Source: Octopus sinensis (lineage: Eukaryota). Taken from it: a DNA stretch of 64,000 bases. The stretch lies in NCBI RefSeq assembly GCF_006345805.1, contig NC_043002.1, positions 3,844,001-3,908,000 of the forward strand, in the 5' to 3' direction. Below the pieces are notes generated by a model. The model worked only from the letters and a program-made list of their open reading frames with translations, had not been told where the DNA came from and did not search any database. Below, piece by piece: positions 11,216-24,826 of this stretch. Numbering within the stretch: the stretch's first letter is position 1; each line of letters begins with the position of its first letter. The position numbers were made by a program, and so were the translations under genes.

Positions 11216-11304
11216 TGTAGATCGATAAGTACAGATCAATCGATTAAGTATGTTTGCAGAAAAGAAGATTCGATTTTCAGCTGCAAACTAACGAAGTTTA
11301 TCTT

Positions 11305-12101
11305 TTACTTTTACTTGTTTCAGTCATTTGACTGCGGCCATGCTGGAGCACCGCCTTTAGTCGAACAAAACGATCCCAGGACTTATTCTTTGTAAGCGTA
11401 GCACTTATTATATCGGTCTTTTTTGCCGAACCTCTAAGTTACGGGAACGTAAACACACCAACATCGTTTGTCAAGCGATGATGGTGGGGGACAAACGCAG
11501 ACACAAAAATACATATATATATATATACGACGGGCTTCTTTCAGTTTCCGTTTACCAAATCCAATCACAAGGCTTTGGTCGGCTCGAGACTATAGTAGAA
11601 GACACTTGCCCAAGCTACAACGCAGTGGGACTGAACCCGGAACCTTGTGGGAAGCAAGCGTCTTACCACACAGCCACTGCTGGAAGAAATTAAGAAATTT
11701 AATATTAAATTTAGAATTTGCACCCCGGGTAGAGTGCTTCGCGGTATTTTGTCCGTCCTTACGTTCTGAGTTCAAATGGCGCTGGGGTCGACTTTACCTT
11801 TCATCCTTTCGGGGTCGATAAGATAAGTACCAGTGATACACTGGGGTCGATGTAATCGGCTTACCTCCACCCCCTGAAATTGCTGGCCTTGAGCCAAAAT
11901 TTGAAGTTATTACTAAATTTAGAATTAAAATAGGAAAAAAACTTTAAGGTCCCCGTCACTTAGCGGTTCGGCAAAAGAGACCGATAGAATAAGTACTGGG
12001 CTTACAAAGAATAAGTCCCGGAGTCGATATGATCGACTAAAGGCGGTGCTCCAGCATGGCCGCAGTCAAATGACTGAAACAAGTAAAAGAGTAAAAGAGT
12101 A
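11305..12101. mobile_element. SINE cluster: family A (-, 11305-11670), family B (+, 11700-11905), family A tail (+, 11950-12101)
   Basis: Matches to the full copies elsewhere in the window. Confidence 0.8.
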
Positions 12102-12332
12102 ATCGGCCACAACAGTTTAGTTGAATCTAGTAACGGGACCGTTTGCAAATTCTGGGAATAAAGGAGAGTTCCTTCCGATTAGCTTTATAAATTATCCTCT
12201 GCTTGCGAACCTAGCGACCTACCTTAATTGCTACTCTGCACCTAGCGACCCGCCTACTTTCCAGGTATCTCATATCAATTCAATACATACGCACGTGCGC
12301 GAACGAGTGCGCTCGTGCGTACAGGTATATGT

Positions 12333-12368
<36 letters not shown>

Positions 12369-12384
12369 ACATATACATACACAG

Positions 12385-12466
12385 GCAGGTGTCTTCTACT
12401 CAATCCTCTGGCCGAGCAAAAGCCTTATCGGTGGAATTGGTTCACGGAAACTGAAAGAAGCCCGTC

Positions 12467-12480
<14 letters not shown>
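12385..12480 (+). mobile_element. SINE family A, 5' part (its 3' part probably at 16958-17180)
   Basis: Ends at the internal (TG)/(TA) tract where the Penelope-like complex begins. Confidence 0.6.
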
Positions 12481-12547
<67 letters not shown>

Positions 12548-12593
12548 ATACATAAATATATAAATATACATATATATATACACACACATACAC

Positions 12594-12629
<36 letters not shown>

Positions 12630-12631
12630 AT

Positions 12632-12839
12632 ATGTTGATTCGTTAGCTACTGCACGCATTTTTTTTCTCTCCTTCTTTCTGTGTTTTTCTCTCTCTGTGT
12701 ATCTTTCTGTTGAAGAGCGTAGGCTCGAAACGTTAAAGACTTGTTTTATTTATATTTCCTGAGCGCCATACTAATACAATTGTTCGTTTGTTTTCCACCT
12801 GCCTTCGTCTTTTGTTTATTTTCATAAAGCTTCCCGTTA

Positions 12840-12845
<6 letters not shown>
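12632..12845 (+). repeat. Inverted copy of the Penelope 3' terminal repeat
   Basis: Reverse complement of 13476-13688; one mismatch seen in ~213 bp. Confidence 0.92.
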
Positions 12846-12891
<46 letters not shown>

Positions 12892-12989
12892 GTGTGAATT
12901 ATAACGTCGGATGTAATCAATTGAACCACACGCGTATTTATCGTTATGGTAAAATCTGGCGTGTGATTGAGTGGATTTCATCCAGATAG

Positions 12990-13071
12990 TTTTGGCTGAG
13001 GAGCTACAAGTGGATTTTTTTGTAAGTAAAATTACATTTAATTCATTAATAGCGAAACAATTGTCCCAAAA
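12990..13071 (+). ncRNA. Type I hammerhead ribozyme
   Basis: ttttgg-CTGAGGA-gcta[...]tagc-GAAA-caattg-TC-ccaaaa: stem I 6 bp, stem II 4 bp, palindromic stem III ACAATTGT, GUC triplet (cleavage after 13065). Confidence 0.8.
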
Positions 13072-13337
13072 TAATCTGTATTTTTGTTATTTTTTATTTG
13101 CCCTGTCCGTGTGAGCTAGCAATCGTACTGACTTTCATGGGAAACATGTATTTTTGTGGTTGAAACCTTTTGGATTAACTGGTGCTAGAGTGAGCCATAT
13201 AGTGACCACTCTCTTATATTTATTTTGTAAAAATATTATAATATATTATAATAATCCAGGTTTCTCGGAGCACTAGGCCACTTGGTGTAGAATAGATATA
13301 CTATTAAATTAGTATCTAATTCTCTCACCCTTATTAA

Positions 13338-13440
<103 letters not shown>

Positions 13441-13475
13441 GTGTGCATGTATATATATATTTATATATATATATA

Positions 13476-13851
13476 TATATATAACGGGAAGCTTTATGAA
13501 AATAAACAAAAGACGAAGGCAGGTGGAAAACAAACGAACAATTGTATTAGTATGGCGCTCAGGAAATATAAATAAAACAAGTCTTTAACGTTTCGAGCCT
13601 ACGCTCTTCAACAGAAAGATACACAGAGAGAGAAAAAACAGAAAGAAGGAGAGAAAAAAAATGCGTGCAGTAGCTAACGAATCAACATGGCGATCTGATT
13701 TCGGCCAGAGGTCAAAGATCAAACATGAGACGCGAGAGCGAAATAAGGGGAGATAATAGGGTTGATAAAAGGGTTGAGGGACCAGCTAAAAGTGCGTGGG
13801 AGGGGTCTGGATGTGTGTATGTATAGGGTTGGTGTATGTATTAGTATGTAT

Positions 13852-13899
<48 letters not shown>

Positions 13900-16800
13900 T
13901 GTGTATGAGAGAGTATTAGTGCGTAAGATTGGTCTGGACATGCGTATGTATGGGGTTGGTGTATGTATAGTATGTATTAGTATGTATTAGTACGTATTGG
14001 TATGTATAGGTATGTGTGTGTGTGTGTGAGAGAGTATAAGTGCGTATGCGGGGTCTGGACGTGTGTATGTATAGGGTTGGTGTAAGTATTAGTATGTACT
14101 AGTATGTATTAGTACGTATTAGTATGTATTAGTTGGTGTGTGTATTAGTATGGCACATCATATGTGATGTGATGTGTAAAGTCATGTGGTGTAGTGAGGA
14201 GAAGAGGGGGGGGGAGAAGGGGAGGGGAAGAAGAGGGGGAGGAGAAGGGGGAAGAGGAGAGGATGGGGGAGAAGGAAGGGGAGGAGGGGGATGAAGGAGG
14301 AAAGAGGGAGAGGGGGAGAGAGGGAGTGAGGGAGCAGAGGGAAGGGGAAGAGGGAGGGAGAAAGAGGGAAGAAGGGAAGGGGAGTAGGGGTGAAAGGATG
14401 AAGGACTGACGAAGTAGGGGTCGGGGGGAGAAAGGATAGGTGAGGAGGGGGGGAGAGGGGGGTTAGATGAGGGGGGGGAGAGTTGAGACAAATGGCGTAT
14501 AAGAGCGAAGAGAGAAGATTAATTCCTGTTCACGGCGCAAACGGGAATCCGGATGGCCTCTGTGTAAGGACAAACCGAACACAGATAGGTGTTGCAAGGA
14601 GTGACCGGTGGAGCGGAAATGGCGTGAGACCGGTGTGTCGTTCGCAAGGTGGATGTCACGAAGGTGTTCCGCGAACCGGTCAGCCAAGCTGCGTCCCGTT
14701 TGTCCGATGTACAAGGAATTGCAGAGAGAGCAAGAGATGCAATAGATAATATTGCTGGAGGTGCAGGTGAAGGAGTGGATGATGGGATAGGGTCGATGGT
14801 GGGTGCTAGTGAGGCGGGTGGTGTTGGAGAGGTAAGGGCAAGTGTGGCAACGTGGGCGGGAGCAGGGGAACGAGCCGGGTTGGGAGGTAGGGTCAGGGAA
14901 GGAGCTATGGACCAAAAGGTCTCGAAGGTTGTGGGCTCGTTTGAAAGAGGGGAGGGGTCGGTTAGGGAAGAGGTGTGAAGTGGACGGGTCGGACTGGAGA
15001 TGACGGAAAGCTCGAAGAATGGTGCGTTGGAGACGTAGGGTCGTGGGGTGGTAAGTGAGGGGAAAAGGGAGGCGGGAGACTACAGGGCGGGTTCGGGGAG
15101 AGAGAGCAGATACACGGTCCACGGACCGTGCTCTGGCAAGGGCGGTGTGGATAGTGGTGAGGGGGTATCCACGTAGGGTGAAGTGGTGAGCCATACGTTG
15201 AGACTGAGTCTCAAAGTCATGGTCGTCACTACAGAGCCTACGTAGACGGAGGAATTGGGAATAGGGGATGGAAAGCTTGGTGTGTTCTGGGTGGGAGGAA
15301 GAGAAGTTGAGGTATGAGTGTGAGTCTGTGTGTTTGTAGTGAATGGAGGTGGTAAGAGTGGAGTGAAGAATGCTAACCGAAATGTCGAGGAAGGAGACAG
15401 AGGTGTTGGAGATAGTGGAAGTGAAGTGGAGGGCTGGATGGGAAGATTGGACGAAAGAGAGGAAGGAATCTAGATGTTCGCGGGAGAGTGAGGTGGCACC
15501 GATAATGTCGTCAATATAACGACCATATAGTTCAGGAGTGGAACCAGTGAAATTAGAGAATATTTGGGCCTCAACATAGCCAACGAACAGGTTCGCATAG
15601 TTGGGGCCCATTCGCGTTCCCATGGCCACTCCCGAGACCTGATGGTAGAACTCGCCCGCGAACGAGAAGCAGTTCAGAGTAAGGACAAGTTCGGCCAGAC
15701 GAATGAGTGTGGAGGTGTCAGGTACAGGGTTAGAGCGGAAGTCAAGAAAGTGTCGAAGGGCCTGCAGTCCTTCGTGGTGAGGGATAACAGTATAGAGGCT
15801 TCGGATGTCCATAGTAAAAAGGATTTTGGAGGAGCCGGGAGGAAGGAAAGGAGAAGAGTTGAAAAGCCGGAGAGCATGGTTGGTATCGTGGATGTGGGAG
15901 GGAAGAGATGCCACTAGGGGGGCAAGGACACGGTCGAGGTATTTAGAGATGAGCTCCGTGGGGCAGTTACAGGCGGAGACGATGGGGCGGCCAGGGTTGT
16001 TGGGTTTGTGGATTTTGGGGAGGAAGTAAATGGTGGGGGTACGTGGGGTTCGCACAATTAGGTTGGATGCGGTGCGGGGGAGACGGGAGGACGAGATGAG
16101 GTCTTGGACGGTAGAGGATACCGTCTGTTGGTAGCTACGTGTGGGGTTAGAGGGCAGAGGGGAATAGAAGGAGGTGTCATTGAGTTGGCGGAAAGCCTCG
16201 GCCCTATAGAGGTCCGCGCGCCACACCACTACAGCTCCACCCTTGTCAGCCGGTTTGATGATAATGTCAGCGCGCCGTTGGAGGGAACGAAGAGCCAAGA
16301 GCTCAGCCGGGGAGATGTTGAGGCGGCGTTGGCGCCTGGAGAAGTTGAACCGCTCCAATGCACGCTGACAAGCGCCCGCGAAAAGATCCACTGCTAGGAT
16401 CTGGCCAGGGGCAGGCGTCCACGGGGATGGTCGGCGGCCCAGGCCAGTGAAGCAGTCGTCCTCTTCGTGGGGTGTGGGTGGCGAGTTGTGGTAATGCGCA
16501 CCCAACCGGACACGGCGCACAAAGCTGTGGACATCAACTCGCGTCTGGAATTCCTTACAGGATGGAGTGAGGGGGATGAAACGCAGACCCCTACCAAGGG
16601 CGGAGCGTTCAGCCGCAGAGAGGGGAAGATCGGGGGGAATGGTAACAACAGACGGAAGTGGAGAAGGGGTGGGTGGAATAGAAGTAGGAGGGGTGGTAGG
16701 TCTCGTGGAGGTCTGAGGGGGAGGGATTGGGGAGGTGTGTGGGGGTGGTTGGGCGGGGCAGTAGGGTTAGGTGTAGGTGGATGGAGCCTAACGGGAGGGG

Positions 16801-16960
16801 AGAAGGGGTTGTAGGGAGGGGCAGTGGGGTTAGGTGTGGGTGGATGGAGCCTATCGGGAGGGGAGAAGGGTGGTGGAGGAGTTGGGGTAGTGGCGTCGGG
16901 TAGGGTGGAATGGAAGAGTGATTGGAGTTTACGAAGTTTGGTATCAGAAAGAAATTGATA
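13476..16960 (-). mobile_element. Penelope-like retroelement (Neptune-type), 5'-truncated
   Basis: RT + GIY-YIG ORF, low-complexity 3' region and terminal repeat at 13476-13688. Confidence 0.93.
14463..16765 (-). CDS. Penelope-like reverse transcriptase + GIY-YIG endonuclease
   Basis: IIIKPADKGGAVV, YFLPKIHK...PGRPIVS, GVAMGTRMGP, RYIDD, Cys linker CSRPRCHTC, IIYCISC...LYIGQTGR. Frame stays open upstream of the 16520 ORF start (SVVTIPPDLPLSAAERSALGRGLRFIP) to a stop near 16768; further N-terminal residues (YQFLSDTKLRKLQSL) are in another frame. Confidence 0.95.
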
Positions 16961-17625
16961 TGTATATATTTGTGTGTCTGTGTTTGTCCCCCTACCATCA
17001 CTTGACAACCGATGTTGGTGTGTTTACGTCCCTGTAACTTAGTGGTTCGGCAAAAAGTGACCGATACAAATAAGTACTAGGCTTACAAAGAATAAGTCCT
17101 GGGGTCGTCGTTTTGATCGACTAAAGGTGGTGCTGCAGCATGGCCACAGTCAAAAGACTGAAACAAGTAAAAGAAATACATACGAACGTACACGCGAATA
17201 TATATATATGCATATGTCTATATACAAGCAGACATATACACACACACACACATGGATGTATACATACACAGTTCCGGGTTCAGTCCCACCACGTGGCATC
17301 TTGGGCAAGTGTCTTCTGCTATAGCCCCGGGCCGACCAAAGCCTTGTGAGTGGATTTGGTAGACGGAAACTGAAAGAAGCCTGTCGTATATATGTATATA
17401 TATATATATGTGCATGTGTGTGCGTTTGTGTGTCTGTGTTTGCCCCCCTAGCATTGCTTGACAACCGATGCTGGTGTGCTTATGTTCCCGTCACTTAGCG
17501 GTTCGGCAAAAGAGACCGATAGAATAAGTACTGGGCTTACAAAGAATAAGTCCCGGGGTCGAGTTGCTCGATTAAAGGCGGTGCTGCAGCATGGCCACAG
17601 TCAAATGACTGAAACAAGTAAAAGA
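16958..17625 (+). mobile_element. SINE family A 3' half (16958-17180) plus a near-full copy (17268-17625)
   Basis: Match to 45495-45905. Confidence 0.85.
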
Positions 17626-17693
17626 ATATACATAAACGCACACCATACGCACATACGGGCATATACGTATGTATAAGTACGCATACATTCATT

Positions 17694-17724
<31 letters not shown>

Positions 17725-17864
17725 GTACATACATTTATACATATGCACAATGACACATACATACCCACATATACAAAACACTAATCCTAACCAGGCCCGG
17801 ATAAAGAGCGATTAAGGTCTTAAGCAGTTAAAAGATGTTGAAGCCCCCCCCCCCAATAGATGAA

Positions 17865-18094
17865 TTGGTTTGGTGCATAATTATTGCGGCTTTTTTTCAA
17901 CGAATTTTATTCAACAAAAACATCTTTAAATGATTATTCTGACCGTCTGCCAAGCGAATGAGAAGCAGTAATTGAAGTGGATGGTGAATATGCTCCGGAA
18001 TAATAATTTAAAGATGTTTTTGTTACATGTTGTTATTGTTTTTGTTGAATAAAATTTGTTGAAAAAAAGCCACAATAATTATTCACCGACCCAA
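17865..18094. mobile_element. Mariner-type MITE
   Basis: TIRs ttggtttggtgcataattattgcggc / rc ttgggtcggtgaataattattgtggc, with extended inner inverted arms. Confidence 0.7.
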
Positions 18095-18339
18095 ATAATT
18101 CGAAATATAAACAAAGATTCACAAACCGTAAAATGATTTTTGTGTTTTTAAATACGAAACGAATCTAAGTGGAAGATGAAAGATGATGTCTATGTTCGTA
18201 TCCTTCCACTGTATTTATATTTGAAACGGTTTCTCCCACTTTTGTATTTGTATTTGCAAAGTCTTTGATCAGATTCTCACTATGACACCTTGAACTCTTC
18301 GAAATTATATTTCCGATCACTTGGAATATTACTCGATCA

Positions 18340-18600
18340 AGTTTAAAGTGATTTCTTTTGTGCCGTAAACCATTTACGATTTCTGCGTTCCCCCACCCAT
18401 TTCCTTGCTTCCCTAAACACGTGCTTATTTTGCTTAATGGTTAATCCAGTGCTGATCAAAGTTATGCCCAGGTAAACCTCCTGCAAGCAAAATAATACCA
18501 ATAACATTGATATCTTTCCTGGATCTGCGACGAATGCATCACATCTCACCCGGAAGGCTTACAGCTTTGCTGTCCAACCCCAGCAGACAGCTCGACTAAA
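18340..18600 (-). mobile_element. Possible decayed non-LTR RT fragment
   Basis: VYLGITL motif resembles the LINE RT C-terminal YLG motif; single weak motif. Confidence 0.3.
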
Positions 18601-18689
18601 TGTCGGATCAGCAAGGGAGATGACCATGCCTCCACACCTCCACTTTCTCCTCCCAAATTCCGATTATGCCAAACCAATTTGTTGTAGCT

Positions 18690-19070
18690 TTTGTCTTTTG
18701 CTTGTTTCAGTCATTAGACTGCGGCCATGCTGGAGCACCGTTTGGAAGAATTTTAGTCGAACGAATCGACACCCCTGTACTTATTTTCTTAAAGCCTAGT
18801 ACTTATTCTATCGGTCTCTTTGCCGAACCGCTAAGTTACAGGAATGTAAACATGCCAACACAACAGAGCAGTGATGGGAGGCAAACACAGACAGACACAC
18901 GACAAGGGTGGGGGAGGTTCTTTTATTTTCTGAGTATCAAATCCACACAGAGGCTTTGGTCGGACTGAGACTCTATTGGAAGACACATGACCAAGTTGCC
19001 ACGCAGTGAGAATGAACCTGGAAGCACGTGCTCAGGAGGCAAGCTTCTTACCGCACAGCCACGCCGGCGC
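18690..19070 (-). mobile_element. SINE family A, diverged
   Basis: Reverse-complement match to the family. Confidence 0.75.
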
Positions 19071-19099
19071 CAATGTGGCAGATATTACTCACATCATAT

Positions 19100-20300
19100 T
19101 AATGGCTGTCCGAAAAGAGTCTGCAAGATAATGTCTTCCCATGAGACATGGCATTGTCGCCAAGACAGTCTGCAATGCTAGACGCAGAAAATAATATTCT
19201 GGTAGTCATTCCAAATGTACAGCAGAATCAGAAAGTTTCCTCACATTTAAAAATGAAGAATATTTGTGGAACATTGCAATAAAAACAGCAACCCAGTATG
19301 GGCCCAACAGGTGTGTGGAACCAGAAGCAAAAGTCATGCTCCCTTGTACAGTTCAACTACTCCTTAAAAATTGGAAGAAAGGAGAAAATCTGAAGAGGAG
19401 CGTAGTTAAGAAACATACAACTATTATACCCAGGCGACAGATTTTCATTTCTTCCTATTATCTTAGTTGTAGGCGTGGGGTTCTCCTTGCTCTCTGGCTG
19501 CCCCCAACATTCTCCAAATACAATGGATTCGTGGTACAATGAAAAAATTATAGAATATTCTAAGGATTCTCAGTTTAAGATTTCTAAGCTGGACACACAC
19601 ACACACCAATTCAGATAACTACAAGCCCAAAGAGCTGATTTCAACCAGTGGTATGCAACGTTTGCCACATGGATTCTGCAAAGGAAAAACTTGAATGAAA
19701 CTGCTGCTAACACCACTAAACAGTCGTCTGTCTCCAATTAGAACCGATTCGTCGGGGCTAGAACCAAAAATGAAGCTACCGAATTGGAAGAAAACTGTAG
19801 CTGCTCTAAGCAGTTCCTCCGCGATCATTGTGAGTCTAACAACATGATGACTGGTGCGAAGGAAATGTAGGAATGGATGAAACAACTTTGGGCAAACAAA
19901 GCCGCGCTGTCTGAAGAAAGAAAACACGACAGGAATGGCTTGATTACAGGAAAGCATTCGATTCTATTCCCCATCAATGGCTGTTGAGGTACTTGGTTAA
20001 AGTACCTGCTACCTTTAGTTATTGCCACCAAGAAACTCACAAAAAACTGACAACAATAAAAAATTGGTGGCGCAGTCTTGGAAAAAAAATTCCTAAAGAA
20101 GAGGAGAGAATGAGTAGCACGAGATCCAGTCTTCATAACAGATCATTGTTTCAAAATCTCGCATTTCATTGGCGAGATTGTATCAATGCCTGGGTATTTC
20201 AGAACTACGTTTGGTGTGCTCAAATATCAACTGCCTTCAAGTTTCTTATTCTGAAATAGATCAACTGCTCAAGAGGCTACCAGTCCACTATGGCTAAAAT
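19100..20300 (+). mobile_element. Decayed non-LTR retrotransposon RT, R4/Dong-like
   Basis: KQLWANKAAL...WLDYRKAFDSIPHQWLLRYL near 19880-20000; stops and frameshifts; boundaries approximate. Confidence 0.55.
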
Positions 20301-22249
20301 ATACACTGGGGGAGCCTCAATCGGTTCTTGTAGGATCTGTGTGAGATCAGCTACAGTATAAAACCAGAGCATGCTGAGGGAAAGAAAAAAAGGATGCAGT
20401 CTTATCCGGAGCAGCTGCTAATCAATAGATTGATGCAAAATCAGACAATAATGCATGGGACGCTCGCAGAAACCAAACAATAGTGTATCTATTCCTTCTC
20501 ATTAACTCATAGCAGAGACGGTGGATGGGACATGTTTGTAGGTGAGAGCATATGGGAGGCGTCACTTCTCCGTTTCGTCAAGTAACTTCATCTGCAGCAG
20601 ATGTTATCACAACTGCGGATCAAGAGTAGGCCTTGTAGCCCCCATGTGAGCCAGCCAGAGATGATTTCTGAACAAGGACAGTCAACGTCGACCTTCGACG
20701 GACAGCCAAATAAAGAGATTCCTTCTTAGTAACATTTTGGTAGATTCAAATGCAGAACACGCTGAGTACTGTTGGTTTTATTTTTGCTTTTTGTCACCGG
20801 CAAACACCTCTTTCTTCTAATAGGCGATGTGTGTTTATAACAGACGTGATACATCGGTGTAAGGGGTCTTTGAGACACCTTGGTTTTTCCACTTTATTGT
20901 TCGGATCATCGGTCCGGTGGGGTAAGTTTGACTGAGGAAACATACAATATGTTCGAAACACTGCAGTCAATCAAAGTCTTCTTACACCGGTGAATCGAAT
21001 GTATTATCAAACGTACATCTCAAAAGAGGAGATGTTCTTTGATGACGAAGTACAATAGAGATCAGACATTATTCACGTAATATGCTTGGTCCACTATTTA
21101 ACTTCTCAGGTGTGGTAACAAACAAATCAAATTTGTTACCTTGCATTGCCGAAAGCACATGTACGGGGGAGTGTTTTAGAAAACTTTTAGCAAGAAATTG
21201 ACGAAGAAATTAAATTTAGAATGAATATAGGAAAAACCACTCTGAATTCTAGACTCGGAGATAATCGATTTGTCTTCTTCTGAATCTGATAACGGATGTT
21301 TAAGTCTTTGAAATATTTTGTTAGTTCCGAGAATAGAGGCGAGTCTCATCCGGTTACCTTAATAATCAGCATCTACCCACCCATCACCATACCTACCTTG
21401 ATACATACCTGTTTTTCTGTTTCTTTTCTAAGTATCTCATTTTCCTTTTCTTGCTAGATACACACACTCACATATTCATACACACTCCCAGGCACACACA
21501 TATTCATACACACTCCCACATATACATACGCAACTCCACACACGTAACGATATAACTTTCAATACAATATTTGACATCAGATTATTCAGTCTTTTAATGA
21601 GTTTCTCACCATTAAAATATGCGCCGAGAAGGATCTCATGAGATGGATATTGTTGTGCGAACGATGAAAAGAATGGCCCGCAATTGAACAACGTGACGAA
21701 GCACTTGTGGGCCGCAGTGATGTCATTGTGAGTAACAAACGGCTTTAGTTGCATTCTAACTTTTAGGTCACTGCACAGGAAAATGAACGAACCTATTGAA
21801 TCTCTGCTGCTGACTTAATGACTTCTCACACGACGGTTATTTTATTTTTCCTTCAAATTTATTCACCAATCAACCAAGTTCTTGATGCATATATTTACAT
21901 ACAGGGTGATAAGACGTTTGCTTCCCAACCACGTGGTTCCAGGTTCAGTCCCACCGCAGACAATACGGGACATCTTGGTTGTTGCTTTCACTATGTCGTA
22001 CGTTCCAGCCTCCTGACTTTTTCGGAACTCGGTTGTTGTGTCGGAATTTCAAACCTAACCCTTTATTTGATCTATGGGGGACACTGTTCTCCCTCCGCTC
22101 TCTGCGTTTCGCGACATTTCTCTTTCAGACGATTTTTTGGTGACTTACCTTAGTGCCTATCCTGGGATTGAACTCAAAAGCTCTATAATGAACGCACAGC
22201 ATTAACCAATGGCTTTATCCACTGCGCTAAACCTGTTGGCAGAAACAGT

Positions 22250-23480
22250 GTGGATTTTAAAGACTTATAAACCTAATGCCAATGTAATCGATTGTGGCAG
22301 CCTGCCATTTTCTTTTTTCATTATTGGTCCCCACATTGCATTCATCTCTGCACTTGGCCTGCTTTCTGGGTTGATACGTCCTAACATATGCGCTGCTTCC
22401 TTGAGTTTTCCAATTTCCCAGTGGTTTTCTCTGTCTATGATTTTCTCTTCATCGCGCGGGGGTCGCAGCTCCCCATTCACCCTGACCTCATCAGCTCTAC
22501 CTCACTCTTCAATCTCCCCCACTCCACCTTGTGTCACGGCTTCCCAGTATTCATCTGCTCTTGAAGGGAGCGCCATGTTTCTCCTTTGTGGACTTTACCG
22601 CTGTCTAAAAATTCAGTCTGTCACTGCCTATGGAACAAAGGCGTTGGTTAATGCAGTGCAGATACCTGGAAGTACTGAGTTCAACTCCTTGGCAAGGCAT
22701 TATTAATGTGAATCGCGAATCACAAGACACCTGAAGAAGTCTGGAACATGCGACAGCCAAACTGTAGTGAAAGCAACAATCAAAATAAGGACAAGAGTCC
22801 TAACATAATATAAATTCCTCATCTCACAAATATAGAATTGAATATCCGATCGGAATGGAGCCGATATAATCCGATCAGAATGGAGTCGATACAAAACATC
22901 AATGGCGACACACATAGAAATTAAATCTGAAACTAACTCGACACTCAAACCATCTTATATTCCTGTGCAGAAATAGGGACTCAAGGATGATACCATTTGA
23001 CTTGGCAATTATTACATTGGTGAACAACTACGATGGCACAGAGAGCCGTGGAGAGAGAGAGAGATACGCCCTCCTCCTAGAAAGGAAACACTATAATCTT
23101 TGGGAAAAAAAACCAAAGAAGGAAATCTGAGACAAATTATCTTAATTACATGAAAGAATAACCCGAGGCGAAGACAGGGAAAGAATCCAACAGAATCCGA
23201 ATAAATCGTACAAGAAAGCCGAAAGCCCGCCAGATTAAAAAGTTCACGAAGCTCAAAGGTCAGAGAATGGAAAACAAAATCCGCATCGTGTAAGTAGCCA
23301 TAAGGACTACCTGAGGATCTGGGAGAGGAACTAAGGTGGGAAGTGAGAAAGAGATTGATAAAGCCAAACCACCCAAACCGAACATCTCCAGAGTGGTTGT
23401 ACCATCGTAATGCTTGCAGCGGACGAGGTCAATGCTCGGGTGGCGACGGACAAGTCTGAACACCCTGAAAGAAAAAATCC
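22250..23480 (-). mobile_element. Decayed Penelope-like element
   Basis: EKIIDRENHWEIGKLKEAAHMLG (GIY-YIG C-terminus) and MFGLGGLALS (RT GLGMGSPLS-like). Confidence 0.65.
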
Positions 23481-23509
23481 TCATTAATTATTGAATTACT
23501 GGTATAACT

Positions 23510-23630
23510 GATTTTTGCCAACTGAATGAACTTGAAATAGAATGTCTTGCTGAAGGACACAACGCGACGTTGGGAATCGAACTCATGACATTGCGATCGT
23601 GACCCCTAACCACTAAACCACGCGCCTTCA
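23510..23630 (-). mobile_element. tRNA-derived SINE head (other family)
   Basis: rc ggcgcgtggtttagtggttagg...gagttcgattccc carries A and B boxes. Confidence 0.6.
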
Positions 23631-23631
23631 C

Positions 23632-23665
<34 letters not shown>

Positions 23666-23905
23666 CACATACATACATACATACATGCATACATACTTAT
23701 GTACATACATACATGCACACACATACACACATACATACGTACATACATACAAACATACATACATACATACAAACATACACACATACACACATACATACAT
23801 ACATGCATACATACATACATACATACATACATACATACAAACATACATACATACATACATACAAACATACATACATACATACAAACATACATACATACAT
23901 ACATA
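23630..23905. repeat. (CATA)n microsatellite
   Basis: Read directly. Confidence 0.95.
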
Positions 23906-24785
23906 TTGGATCATCCCATAAATAATGCAGTTTTTTTAAATATTTCTTTTATTTTTCATAATTAAGACAAACAAAGTTCTTTTTTAACCTAAGATATACT
24001 CTCCTTCATTTTCTACGATTCCCTTCCATCTGTCTGGTAGACTTGCAAGGCCCTTCTTCCAAAATTCACTTGTCCACGACGAAAAATACTTCTCCAGTAC
24101 TGTTCTGACCTCATCTATAGAATTCATATTTTTCCGTCCAAATGATTTTGAAGACTGTGGATAATCAGATGGGACAAAGTCTGGCGAATATAGCGAGCGG
24201 GGCAAGAAAGAGTTCATTCGTGAGATGTAACCACAAAGAAGAGCACACATTCACTCTCTGCGCGCGATTAGACTCTGAAAGTTTGTGAGGAACCCATTGC
24301 CCCAATTTGCTGACTTTTCCGATGGCACGCAGGTTTTAATGAATGGTTGTATGACCAAATCCAAGTTTCTCTACTAGTTCCTCAACAGTTACAACATGAT
24401 TTAGTTCCACCAGGGTTTACAGGGCATCCTCATTGAGCTCTACAGATCTTCTAGTATGACTCGGAATTTCTGGAACCGCTGTTGACACTGGCTTATGCTT
24501 GTTGTCTGATCCCCATATACTGCATTAATATTCATCACACTTTCCATTGTGTTGTTGCCTTTATTGAACTCATAAAGCAAAATGTGCCGAATATGCCCCT
24601 TTACCACTTCTATTATAGCTTTGAAAAAATCGAAGTGCACTCTTCAAAACTTGCACTAAGAATAAGGACAAGGTAATATTGCTACCTGCTTTTATAGCAA
24701 GTGGTTGCATGTAGTTTATCCCGTCCCCCTCCGACTTTTAGTTCATGCAATTGAAAAAAACCGTATTATTTATGTGATGACCCAA
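23906..24785 (-). mobile_element. Internally deleted mariner transposon
   Basis: TIRs ttggatcatcccataaataatg / rc ttgggtcatcacataaataata; TA on the left; transposase N-terminus HIRHILLYEF and C-terminus YSPDFVPSDY...WKGIVENEGEYI. Confidence 0.88.
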
Positions 24786-24786
24786 T

Positions 24787-24826
<40 letters not shown>

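Noticed and set aside
14483-16814. Plus-strand ORFs overlapping the Penelope ORF
   Set aside because: Antisense shadows of the GC-rich RT gene; the same holds for 62810-63601 on the - strand against the RTE LINE.
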